Positions 10,472 to 20,846 of a stretch of DNA of 21,144 nucleotides are shown here, piece after piece; the stretch's first letter is position 1; the number at the start of each line of letters is the position of its first letter. This DNA is from Tubiluchus corallicola (lineage: Eukaryota > Animalia > Priapulida). The position numbers were made by a program, and so were the translations under genes. The notes under the pieces are model-generated. The model did no database searches, was not told the origin of the DNA, and saw only the letters and a list, made by a program, of their open reading frames with translations. The stretch spans positions 1 to 21,144 of the forward strand of contig JAQGDQ010001918.1 in NCBI GenBank assembly GCA_030141605.1, read 5' to 3'.

Positions 10472-11257
10472 GTTTGTACCATCCGTTTATTATCATTTAT
10501 TAGCCACTGGCATTCTAATTTCATCGTATATATTAATTTCGCTGCTATGTTATATATATATATATATATATAAACTAATTTTTGAAATTAGTTGAAATCA
10601 AAGTTTATTTATTTCTCACTGGTTATCAGTAATGTTTAGTTTAAGTCTGCATTCAAGTTTTTCAGTGCACATTTATTTTTCAGTTTTTTGTTTTGCATTA
10701 CTAAATTATTGTATAATTATCGATTATCATATAATCTCTCTTTTGTACGGTATGAATGTACGTTCTGAGATTTATGGTATAAGCGATAGCAGTACTTGGC
10801 CGTTAATGCAGTGATTTGGTGGAAAATATGGCTCTTTTTAGCCCCTAATATGATAATCATCATCTTACAAAATTGCAACCCTCGTCGAGAGTTGGCCGTA
10901 GAAAAGAGTGGCTGCGTCTCCTGCATCCCCCGAAAGAACGATGTCATAACAATTATTCTGTTTTACATTTTAAATTAAAAAATACACTTTTGTATGACTG
11001 CGTCAGATAAGTATATGAACATACAAAAAAGTTACAAAATTCCCGGCTGGCCGTGCAAAAAAAATTACCCGGCGATTAGACGGAAACAGAATCTTTTTTT
11101 GTCTCCTTGACCTGCATTATTGTGACAAAGTTCTCAAGCTGTTAATAATTCCATTGTAATGTCACTGGGCAATTTTAGGGAAGCCAAGACACAAAAGTAA
11201 AGTGTTCTTGCTACATATAATAACATATTGCTGTTGTTTGCACCGCGAGAGCTAAAG

Positions 11258-11736
11258 CAGGAGTGTGCAAATTATCTGACTAGCCGGGCCACATTAAACT
11301 TTCCCACAATTCCTGCGGGCCACAGGCAGTTTGATCAAGAAGCCAAGTACAGAAAGGCCTAATAACGATTTTTTTTGCATCCGACCTGCGTACATCATTA
11401 CTACTACACTCAAAGAACTATTTTAGAAGTTATTAGAATTTATATTACAAACCATATATTTCTACTTTCAGGACAGATAGTGGTAATTTCATTACAATGC
11501 ATATTAGTAATGTGTATCACGCAGTCTGTGTAGTACAGTGACATTAAGCTACAACTGTCTTGTAAGGGTTAACGGCATCCGATCTAGTAGAAAAAACTAT
11601 CTTTGGGATCGTGGCACAGACTTCAGCTGGATCGCCTGGGCCACACTTTCATTAAGTTGACAAATCTCTTTGCGGGCTGCACAAATTCTCTCGGCGGGCC
11701 GCATGTGGCCCGCGAGCCGCAATTTGCACACCCCTG
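11258..11736 (+). mobile_element. hAT-Charlie MITE, copy 1
   Basis: TIRs CAGGAGTGTGCAAATT/AATTTGCACACCCCTG; perfect 8-bp TSD AGCTAAAG. Same family as 15574-16057. Confidence 0.93.
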
Positions 11737-12051
11737 AGCTAAAGCTTTGTTAACTGAATAAATGATAAATTGTTAGTTAACTGTTAAATTGTGGAAACAA
11801 ATTTTGTAACTAATTCGTGTTACACAGGAAGAAGCTGATGTACAAGTTCAAATAGAGAGCATTAGAGATCAAGTTTCTATTATTATAAAAAATTAATGGA
11901 TTTATTGCAAATGTAACTTAAATCCAACCCTCGGCGAGACTTACCTTGATTACCGACGAATCAATAACCAGAATGCTCCCATCGTGCGACTAATGTTGCC
12001 TATTTGTGTATTTAATTTTGAATTGACCAGCTTTCTTGTACAAAAAATTTC

Positions 12052-13010
12052 TATAGGTTTTACATGTCAAATGTAGACCTGCGTTAACTCAAATGTAGAT
12101 TTAGGTAATTCAAATGTGTCTTGGTAACTCAAATGTAGACTTAGGTAGTTCAAATGTGTTAACAATGGTTTTCAAGAAATCTTAAGCATTTTTGGTAAGT
12201 CAAATGTAGACACGTGTCAAGTCAAATGTGACATTGGTATCTCAAATGTGGATAGGTGGTAAAGTTTAAGGATGTTAAATTTAATCTTCTTTAATTTCAA
12301 TTTAATAATTGCTCCTAAGTTAAAATAACAACGTTATAGGCCTACTAATAGATGCACTATCTTTGGTTTATCTTTTTCTAATTTGCACCTAAATAACTTA
12401 ATTACCGATTTATTCAAAGTGATGCATTTACATTTGACTTACCTAAGTCACATTTGAGTTACCAAAGCACATTCGAAATTCCTATGTCTACATTTGATTT
12501 ATCTAAGTCACATCTGAGTTACCAAAACACATTCGAAATTCCTATGTCTACATTTGACTTACCTAAGTCACATTTGAGTTACCAAAACACATTCGAAATT
12601 CCTATGTCCACATTTCACTTACCTAAGTCACATCTGAACTTTCCTGTGTCTACATTTGACTTACCTAAGTCACATTTGAACTTTCCTGTGTCTACATTTG
12701 ACTTACCTAAGTCACATTTGAACTTTCCTGTGTCTACATTTGACTTACCTAAGTCACATTTGAACTTTCCTGTGTCTACATTTGACTTACCTAAGTCACA
12801 TTTGAACTTTCCTGTGTCTACATTTGACTTACCTAAGTCACATTTGAACTTTCCTGTGTCTACATTTAACTTACCTAAGTCACATTTGAACTTTCCTGTG
12901 TATACATTTGACTTACCTAAGTCACATTTGAACTTTCCTGTGTATACATTTGACTTACCTAAGTCACATTTGAACTTTCCTGTGTCTACATTTGACGTGT
13001 AAAACCTATA
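12052..13010. mobile_element. Foldback-like DNA element with modular inverted arms
   Basis: Termini TATAGGTTTTACATGTCAAATGTAGAC / GTCTACATTTGACGTGTAAAACCTATA. The left arm has degenerate CAAATGT modules; the right arm has their reverse complement, amplified as 60-bp and 42-bp tandem units. Confidence 0.8.
12428..12996. repeat. Tandem arrays: about 3 x 60 bp, then about 9 x 42 bp (GTCACATTTGAACTTTCCTGTGTCTACATTTGACTTACCTAA)
   Basis: Read directly; produces the spurious 182-aa repeat ORF 12454-13002. Confidence 0.95.
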
Positions 13011-13179
13011 AAGTTCAGCATGTCTGCCAGTACACGAACATTGTGACTGCGAATCCGCAATGCATTTCGCTTATTTCAACCAGTGATTTGCAGTGTCGTG
13101 TGATTATCACCAGAGCGGTCACCAAAATTTGTCGTATGCAATACGTGAATAATTCATTTGGGTTTTGCATGTATTTTAG

Positions 13180-13231
13180 AATTACTGGAATCCGAAGAGA
13201 AAAGAGTGAAGCAACCGCTGCATCAAATAAG
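13180..13231 (+). CDS. ARFGEF3: ARFGEF3/BIG3 coding exon 2 (52 nt; (E)LLESEEKRVKQPLHQI(R))
   Basis: ttttag acceptor (phase 1) and AG|GTCTGT donor (phase 2); bridges exons 1 and 3 in frame. Recalled human ETLGGLDTIVKIPPHVLR has the same length. Confidence 0.8.
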
Positions 13232-13400
13232 GTCTGTCTATTTGTATTTCATATTGTATATTGGTGTATAGTATGTATAGTATATATAGTATATATAGTA
13301 TATTGTATATTGTATGCTACATGTATATAGTACCTGCAAACATTTTTCGTTTTTTATAGAAAAACAGAATGATTTTTCATGTCCGACTCCATTTTGAAGT

Positions 13401-14450
13401 TTCAATTCAATTCAATTTTAATTTATTTATCTCTTTATAATACTACGATAAAACATGGTTAATAAAAGAATTGCTAATAAGTTTTGAAGAATGGTTAAAA
13501 TGTATAGATGGATCTAGAACTAGAGAAAGGATAGCGAATAGACAATTCAATTCAATTCAACTCATTTCAATTTATTTATCTCTTTATAATACTATGATAA
13601 AACATGATTAATAAAAGAATTGCTAATAAGTTTTGAAGAATGGTTAAAGTGTATAGATAGATCTAGAACTAGAGAAAGGATAGCGAAAAGACTATAAAGT
13701 CGCCTAGTCTGCTATCCTTTACCGAATATAGATAAAATGATTTTTAGACACTGGTGGGCATTAATGTTATCAGTTTAATTTAGGAAACATTAGTAATTTT
13801 AAAATTATGACATTTGCCATATAATTAAGTAATCCAGAGCAAAGAAAACACGTGCACTTTAATTAGCGGGTCAACAAAATACGGTCAATCTTGATTAAAC
13901 TAAAAATAGCATTTAGATTTTTTTTGTACAGTAAAAGTGTGCATCTTAATACCCAGGCATTGAATGTTGAATATGTTCCTGTATTATATGTAATAAGGAA
14001 TAATCCGTTTATTTGTGTATTAGTCAAAAGCACCGTTACAATTATATAAACAAATGTTTTAGATACAATTGCAGAAACTGAAAACAAAATTACCACAAAG
14101 ACTTACCAAATAAGCAGTCAATTATTATTGAACAAAGGATGTAAGATCATTTAAATTAATGCGTAATTGTAATGATTTAAATCACTGTTTTCCTTTCAAC
14201 ATCAGATGTTATTATGTAAACTTTCACTCTAAGTATGCATGTCTAGAAAGATTATAAATAGTTTCCTTCTGCAGCTGAATTTTATGTCTGGATTTTACAG
14301 TTTTTAAGATCTGTACATCCATAATTTTATTTTATCTGCAGAATAAAGTTGTTACAACACAAAACCTGATCACGTTCAAATACAGAGGTTCATTTTAAAA
14401 AGTGACAAGTAGGAAGTCTCTTTTATAACCATAAGTAAAAATAAAGAGAC
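13401..14450 (-). mobile_element. Decayed LINE 3' region with (TTGAA)n tail and a tandemly duplicated ~149-bp 3' end
   Basis: Two copies at ~13401-13543 and ~13544-13693; hairpin AAAGGATAGC...GCTATCCTTT at 13675-13720. Upstream bound uncertain. Confidence 0.5.
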
Positions 14451-14647
14451 AATTGTAGTTAATCGCAGCAAGGTTTAGGGTCAACGATATTTCACAAATG
14501 TCTCTTAGCGACCTACTTTGTTATTTTATTTATTTATTATTATTATTAGACAAAACACCGTTACAATTACATAATAAGATATGCTACATACAATTACATA
14601 CAATTATACAAACTAAAAACAAAAGTACTTCAATTAGTTGTCAATTA

Positions 14648-15207
14648 CCGTATTTTCCCGTGTATAAGAGACCCTTTTTTGCTCAGAATTTTCACTTTAA
14701 AAATAGGGGGTCTCTTATACATGGGAGTAAGTTTTTTCAATAAGATGCATAAATTGTGACACTAATGATTTTAAAGAAATAAGTGCTCTACAACTGTTTT
14801 ATTTCGAATAATTATAGTTTCCTTTCAATAAATCTTCTCCATGGTTAAATTATAATGATAAAATTAATGTGCCGGGTAAGTTATTATTTTTTTAAATGTC
14901 TCTTTGGTATTGGAGAGAAATCGATTGTTCTGCAGCCAATCAACACATCTGCATAAGCTCTCTGCATGCCCGTCGACGTCATTGATACGTCGGCAGAGGT
15001 CAACGAGATGAGTCAGCCTAAGCAAGGCGTGTCGAGTCAGCCTAAGCAAGGCGTGTCGCGTTCGACTATGAAGCGGTTGTAAGGAATTTAATGATTTCTA
15101 TGATGAATAAAGTTATTCATTACCAAAAAACTTTTTTCCAGAATTTTTGCCTAAAAATTGAAGGGGTCTCTTATACACAAGGGTCTCTTATACATGGGAA
15201 AATACGG
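14648..15207. mobile_element. Tc1-mariner (pogo/Tigger/Tc2-type) MITE
   Basis: TIR CCGTATTTTCCC(G/A)TGTATAAGAGACCC at both ends; TA TSD; internal 24-bp tandem duplication at 15010-15057. Confidence 0.92.
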
Positions 15208-15573
15208 TATTAGTGAACAAATGATGTAACTGCTTGCAGCTGTGCTAAAAGCTGGAACTTGGAAAGTCCAGCTGCAATGCATGGTGTGTTGTTAGGTGTT
15301 AGGGGCAGGATAAAAGAGATGCGCAATGAAAAGAGACAGACATGAAGGTAAAATGAGGGTGTAAGTAAGTCATGTAAGGAGAAGAGAAGAAAAAAAGCTA
15401 AAAATTATTAAAAAATTTAAGAAACGATGAAATGATAATGATGAAAGCACAATGGCTACAGCATGCTAAGTCATTTATGTATACAGGGACGGACTGTTGA
15501 ATGGTAACCAATGTGGTGAACACAATATGGCACGAAAAGTTGAAGACCAAGTCTAGCTAATATGTATTTAAGA

Positions 15574-16057
15574 CAGGGGTGTGCAAATTATCTGACTAGC
15601 CGGGCCATATTAAACTTTACCGCAATTTCTGCGGGTCACAGGCAGTTTGGTCAAGGAGCCAAGTATAGAAAGGCCTAATAACGATTTTTTTTGCATCCGA
15701 CCTGCATACATCATTACTACTACACTCAAGAAAGTATTTTAGAAGTTATTAAAATTTATATTACAAACCATATATTTCTACTTTCAGGACAGATAGTGGT
15801 AATTTCATTACAATGCATATTAGTAATGTGTATCACACAGTCTGTGTAGTACAGTGACATCAAGCTACAACCGTCTTGTAAGGGTTAATGGCATCCGATC
15901 TAGTAGAAAAAACTACCCGCACTATCTTTGGGATCGTGGCACGGACTTCAGCTGGATACACTCAATTAATCGCCCGGGCCGCACTTTCATTAGGTTGACA
16001 AATCTCTTTCGCGGGCCGCACAAATTCTCTCGGCGGGCCGCAATTTGCACACCCCCG
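15574..16057 (+). mobile_element. hAT-Charlie MITE, copy 2
   Basis: TIRs CAGGGGTGTGCAAATT/AATTTGCACACCCCCG; TSD ATTTAAGA/CTTTAAGA. Highly similar to 11258-11736. Confidence 0.92.
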
Positions 16058-16764
16058 CTTTAAGAGATATGTTTTCATCTCCTTCTTAAGTCTAGGTTGA
16101 CATGATAGTGTTCTGATATTACAAGAAATGGAATTGCAAACTTTGGGCCCTACAAAAAAACAAAATGTTTAGCAATGTGGGTTCTACAATATGTAACATA
16201 ATATTCATTATACCTAGTAGTATGCTGTTTGATATTTTTGTTTATAGGATTTACGAAAAACTGTGGAAACAAATTAAAGTGGATTTTGTGTATAAATAAA
16301 TACCACAGTGCTGTACTTAATAAGATCATCAATTGTTAATAGATTACTATATTTAAAGTGTTGTTTAGAAATTGCAGAAAATTTAGAAGGACCGTAAAAA
16401 TTATGCACAAATACTTTTGCTTGCTTTACCGGGAATTTCAACGAATAAAGTTTCAATTTCATCCTCACAGATTGATAGAGTATCAATATAGATATAGATA
16501 TTATCAATTATCAATATAGATTGATAATACCTGCAAAAACCAAGTCTTTCCGAATGAGCAATGTCACACCACCTCCCCTTTTTTACTTTCCTATTAACAC
16601 CCTAGAAGAGAGAATGGTTGGCTAAGCTCATCTGTCAACCACGCCTCAGTGAGTGCAATTACTGGGAGGTTACATTGCAAAATTTTCAAGTATGCAGGAA
16701 AGTGATTAAAATTAGATTTTAAACTTCTAATATTGATATGAATTAATGAAAACGGGTTAGAATA

Positions 16765-17583
16765 AAATGCGTTCATAAAGTAACAGTGAACATTAAATGC
16801 GTTCATAAAGTAACAGTGAACATTAAATGCGTTCGTAAAGTAACAGTGAACATTAAATGCATTTGTAAAGTAACAGTGAACATTAAATGCATCCGTAAAG
16901 TAACAGTGAACATTAAATGCATTCGTAAAGTAACAGTGAACATTAAATGCGTTCATAAAGTACAGTGAACATTAAATGCGTTCGTAAAGTAACAGTGAAC
17001 ATTAAATGCGTTCATAAAGTACAGTGAACATTAAATGCGTTCATAAAGTAACAGTGAACATTAAATGCGCCCATAAAGTACAGTGAACATTAAATGCGTC
17101 CATAAAGTACAGTGAACATTAAATGCGTTCATAAAGTAACAGTGAACATTAAATGCATCCGTAAAGTAACAGTGAACATTAAATCCGTTCGTAAAGTAAC
17201 AGTGAACATTAAATGCGTCCATAAAGTACAGTGAACATTAAATCCGTTCGTAAAGTAACAGTGAACATTAAATGCGTCCATAAAGTACAGTGAACATTAA
17301 ATGCGTCCATAAAGTACAGTGAACATTAAATGCGTCCATAAAGTACAGTGAACATTAAATGCGTTCATAAAGTAACAGTGAACATTAAATGCATTCATAA
17401 AGTAACAGTGAACATTAAATGCATTCATAAAGTAACAGTGAACATTAAATGCGTTCGTAAAGTAACAGTGAACATTAAATGCATTCATAAAGTACAGTGA
17501 ACATTAAATGCGTTCATAAAGTAACAGTGAACATTAAATGCATTCATAAAGTAACAGTGAACATTAAACTCGTTCGTAAAGTA
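16765..17583. repeat. 29/30-bp minisatellite (TAAATGCGTTCATAAAGTAACAGTGAACAT), about 27 units
   Basis: Read directly; ends at the polypyrimidine tract of ARFGEF3 exon 3. Confidence 0.97.
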
Positions 17584-17611
17584 ATTTTTTTCTTGTTTGT
17601 TTTGGTTAAAG

Positions 17612-17693
17612 GTCGAAGTGCTTGGAGGCTCTGCATTTGGCACTGGCTACAAGAAACAGTAAACTGACTCAGCTTGCAATCACCGGATTCCAG
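17612..17693 (+). CDS. ARFGEF3: ARFGEF3/BIG3 coding exon 3 (82 nt; (R)SKCLEALHLALATRNSKLTQLAITGFQ)
   Basis: Pyrimidine tract plus aaag acceptor (phase 2) and CAG|GTTGGT donor (phase 0). Matches recalled human REKCLLPLQLALESKNVKLAQHALAGMQ (DCB domain). Confidence 0.88.
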
Positions 17694-18023
17694 GTTGGTT
17701 TTTACATCATCATCAGTATCATCGTCGTTATCGCTGTCATTATCATCGTCATCATCGCTGTCATTATCATCATCATCATCATCACACCATCGTTGTCGAC
17801 GATTCAATTCAATTCAATTTATTTTCTCAATAGCCGTTAAAATTCGTCATAATTATTTTTGCATTTCATTGCAGCTGAGAAGGAGCAGCGAAAGACCTAT
17901 TGGTCACTTGGTCAGCTGCTCCTTATTAAAAATACAAGTTTACTTACAGGCTCATGACATTTTTTAGCTGTTTGTGTATATATATATATATACTATAATA
18001 CTAATACTATAATATAATAATAC

Positions 18024-18037
18024 TCTTAATACTATAA

Positions 18038-18085
<48 letters not shown>

Positions 18086-18099
18086 TTATAGTATTAAGA
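18024..18099. repeat. Perfect 76-bp AT-rich palindrome centred on (TA)n
   Basis: TCTTAATACTATAATGTTTACA-(TA)n-TGTAAACATTATAGTATTAAGA. Confidence 0.93.
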
Positions 18100-18667
18100 A
18101 TAGACTTGGTATTAAATTAAGTACTAAGTAGCATAAATGTATGTTTAATCTAGTCAAATTTTTAAAAGGCGGAAAAATAGTAAGCGAGAAATTCTTGAGA
18201 ATTGAATACAAGGTTACATTGTGAATAATAATAATAATAGTAATAATATTTATACTATATGTATAAATTTATGGTAAAACAGATACAGTAATGTAAAGAT
18301 GCAATACAAAAAAATCAATAAATGTATCTCATATCAAATGAAAGTAAAAAGTAAACTAAATTCTTCAAGGTAAGCAAAACTTATCAAATAATAAAAGGAT
18401 TATATCAAGCAAAATGCAATTTAACTCAAGGTAAAAAGAAGTTATCACAAGCCAAGCAAAAACGGAATTCAACTTAAAGCAAAAAATCATATCAGGCAAA
18501 AGTAATAAAAATCAACTCAAAGCAGAAACGCAATTCAAAGCATAACAAGGCATAACATCAAGCAAAAAATTAATGAAATTCAATGTAGAGCAAAATCGTC
18601 ATCACTATGGCTTGATTCATATATTTATGCTATTGTTAATCATTATACCAAAGCTATGACATACTGA

Positions 18668-18762
18668 AGCGGCGTGACGGCACGAAGAATCTGCATCGGC
18701 AACCAGTCAGCTTGCACCTCGCTGTCCATGTTCGCTTCCAGCACCGGATCGGACAGCAATTT
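18668..18762 (-). pseudogene. ARFGEF3: ARFGEF3 exon 4, 5' part, on the antisense strand and truncated at the inversion breakpoint (KLLSDPVLEANMDSEVQADWLPMQILRAVTPL)
   Basis: Long pyrimidine tract plus ttttgcag phase-0 acceptor. Corresponds to recalled human KLLSEERFVSMETDSDEKQLLNQILNAV. Runs into arm sequence QYVIALV*. Confidence 0.75.
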
Positions 18763-19010
18763 CTGCAAAATGCACCAAAAAAAAGAGGAAGCACTAGCAG
18801 GAAAACTGGGAAAAAGGGGATGAATTCTAAAATCGGACGTCCGTGGCGGCACCGTGAATTACCTGTACGAGTACAAAACGAAAGAAACCAAATTAACAAG
18901 GCCACCTAGATCTTCGTACGGATTTGTGCTGCCATCTGGTTTTCCCGAACTGAACCAACATGCACAAAGCTAGTTTGCTACACACTTAGTTCACCTGTCA
19001 CAAGTGTACA

Positions 19011-19268
19011 CAGGGCCTATTTCGGCCTAGGCGAAGCGCCGGGGGAGGACGCTACCATGGTTGGCACCCAGAAAATTTATTTTTGAAATGCTAGAAGGCC
19101 GGAGAAGCATTTCGAAGAGAAAATATGGAGTTACATAGTTGTTAAAGGAAAGAACAATTGAAAGAAAAACTGCTTTATTCTCAAGACCAGTCCTTAATAC
19201 TTGTCAATACTGGCAAACGGTGTGCATGCAGCAAGAGAGAGAGAGAGAGAGAGAGTGAGAGAGTGTGT

Positions 19269-19327
<59 letters not shown>

Positions 19328-19442
19328 CAAGAGAGAGAGGGAGGGAGAGAGGAGGCAGTATGTTTGCATAAAGCAAAAAAATGTTACCTTGGCGCGAGGC
19401 CCCGGGGAAGTATCCCCACTTCCCCCCTTGAAATAGGCCCTG
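19011..19442. mobile_element. hAT MITE containing a (GA)n tract
   Basis: TIRs CAGGGCCTATTTC/GAAATAGGCCCTG; perfect 8-bp TSD AGTGTACA; (GA)n at ~19233-19350. Confidence 0.92.
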
Positions 19443-19800
19443 AGTGTACAGCAATAGTTCAACTGAATCTACTCATTAACTGTGTCCACTTCAATGCCAT
19501 TTTAATTCTACTGCAGTGGCGGCTCGTAGCTAAAATTGCTGGGGGCGCTGCTTCAGGAAATTTTAACCATTGTTTTAATACCGTGTAAAACGAAACAAAC
19601 ATGTGTAATTTTAATGTTGTAATTTGTAATTGTAAACAAACAAACAAGCAAATGCGAAATTTACAAATAAACTTGAGAAAAATTTGTTGAGCATAATTTG
19701 CACCTGTGGACCTCTGTCAGGGGCGAGAGGATCCCCGGTGCGAGACGATCCCCGCACTTTCCATGTTTCACACTCATTTTTACATGAGGTTGTTGGCGGG

Positions 19801-19822
19801 TCTTTCTCGCTCTCTTTCTCTT

Positions 19823-19863
<41 letters not shown>

Positions 19864-20205
19864 CTCTCTCTCTCGCTCTCACTTCTCCCTCTCTCTCTCT
19901 GGCTCTCTCTCTCTCACTCTCCCTCTCTTTCCCTCTTTTTCGCTCTCTCTCTTTCTCTTTCTCTCTCTCCCTCTCTCTCTCTCGCTCTCTTTCTCTCTCC
20001 CCCTCTCTGTCCTTTCTCTTTCTCTCTCTCTCCTGCTTTCTTTCTTTCTCGCTCTCTCTCCCTCTTTTTCGCTCTCTCTCTCTTTCTCTCTCTCTCGCTC
20101 TTTCTCTCTCTTGCTCTCTTTGTTTCTCTTTCTCTCTCTCTCTCCCTCTCTCTCTCTCCTCTCCCTCTCTCTCCCTCTGTTTCTCTCTCTCTCCCCCTCT
20201 CTCTC
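19801..20205. repeat. About 400-bp degenerate (CT)n polypyrimidine tract
   Basis: Read directly; abuts the right arm. Source of the SL-repeat ORFs. Confidence 0.96.
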
Positions 20206-20735
20206 AGTATGTCATAGCTTTGGTATAATGATTAACAATAGCATAAATATATGAATCATGTGATTAGCCATAATGATGACGATTTTTCTCTACATTGAAT
20301 TTCATTGATTTTTTGCTTGATGTTATTCCTTGTTATGCTGTGAATTGAATTTCTGCTTTGAGTTGATTTTTGTTGCTTTTGCCTTTTATATATGCACAAA
20401 CACCTAAAAATGTCATGAGGATGTGAGCAAACTTGTATTTTTACTAAGAGGCAGCTGACCAAGTGACCAATAGGTCTTTCGCTGTTCCTTCTCAGCTGCA
20501 ATGAAATGTAAAAATTTTAACTGCTATTGAGAAAATAAAATTGAATTGAATTGAATTGACTTGTCGACAACGATGACGAAAGTGATGGTGTGATGATGAT
20601 GATGATAATGACAGCGATGATGACGATGATGACAATGATAATGATGATGATAATGATAGCGATGATGACGATGATAATGATGATGATAATGACAGCGATG
20701 ATGATGATGACAATGATAATGATGTAAAAACCAAC

Positions 20736-20817
20736 CTGGAATCCGGTAATTGCCAGCTGCGTTAGTTTACTATTTCTTGTAGCCAGTGCCAAATGCAGAG
20801 CCTCCAAGCACTTCGAC
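20736..20817 (-). pseudogene. ARFGEF3: Second, inverted copy of ARFGEF3 exon 3 with both splice sites intact (functional status unknown)
   Basis: 82 nt with an identical peptide; five substitutions versus 17612-17693, all synonymous. Confidence 0.8.
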
Positions 20818-20846
20818 CTTTAACCAAAACAAACAAGAAAAAAATC

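Larger units (their letters stand above)
14521..16764 (-). mobile_element. Internally deleted L2/CR1(Crack)-type LINE interrupted by two MITEs
   Basis: APE endonuclease N-terminus FSLIHINIRSLKSNF...VIALTEAWL...GGGV at 16764-16530. ORF2 C-terminus (QHTTRY...RTHIAK...GPKV) at ~16490-16066. 3' UTR and (AAT/AAAT)n tail at ~14521-14548. Confidence 0.75.
17285..18667 (+). repeat. Left arm of large inverted duplication (partner 20204-21144+)
   Basis: Minisatellite, exon 3, (ATC)n tract, LINE-like tail with hairpin, and 18490-18667 all recur as reverse complement. About 500 bp (17985-18490) is absent from the right arm. The outer bound is set by the window edge. Confidence 0.93.

Noticed and set aside
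12454-13002. 182-aa repeat protein
   Set aside because: Non-ATG start; open only because the 60- and 42-bp units lack stops; lies in a TE arm inside an intron.
16765-17583. CRISPR-like array of ~30-bp repeats
   Set aside because: Units are contiguous with no unique spacers; eukaryotic intron, no cas genes. It is a minisatellite, and its ORFs are artefacts.
10387-17693. MON2 or BIG1/2 as the identity of the plus-strand gene
   Set aside because: The KEASG motif and the 85/52/82-nt exon sizes fit ARFGEF3/BIG3 better, as recalled.
19181-20254. Ser/Leu and Arg/Glu repeat ORFs
   Set aside because: Translations of (GA)n and (CT)n tracts.
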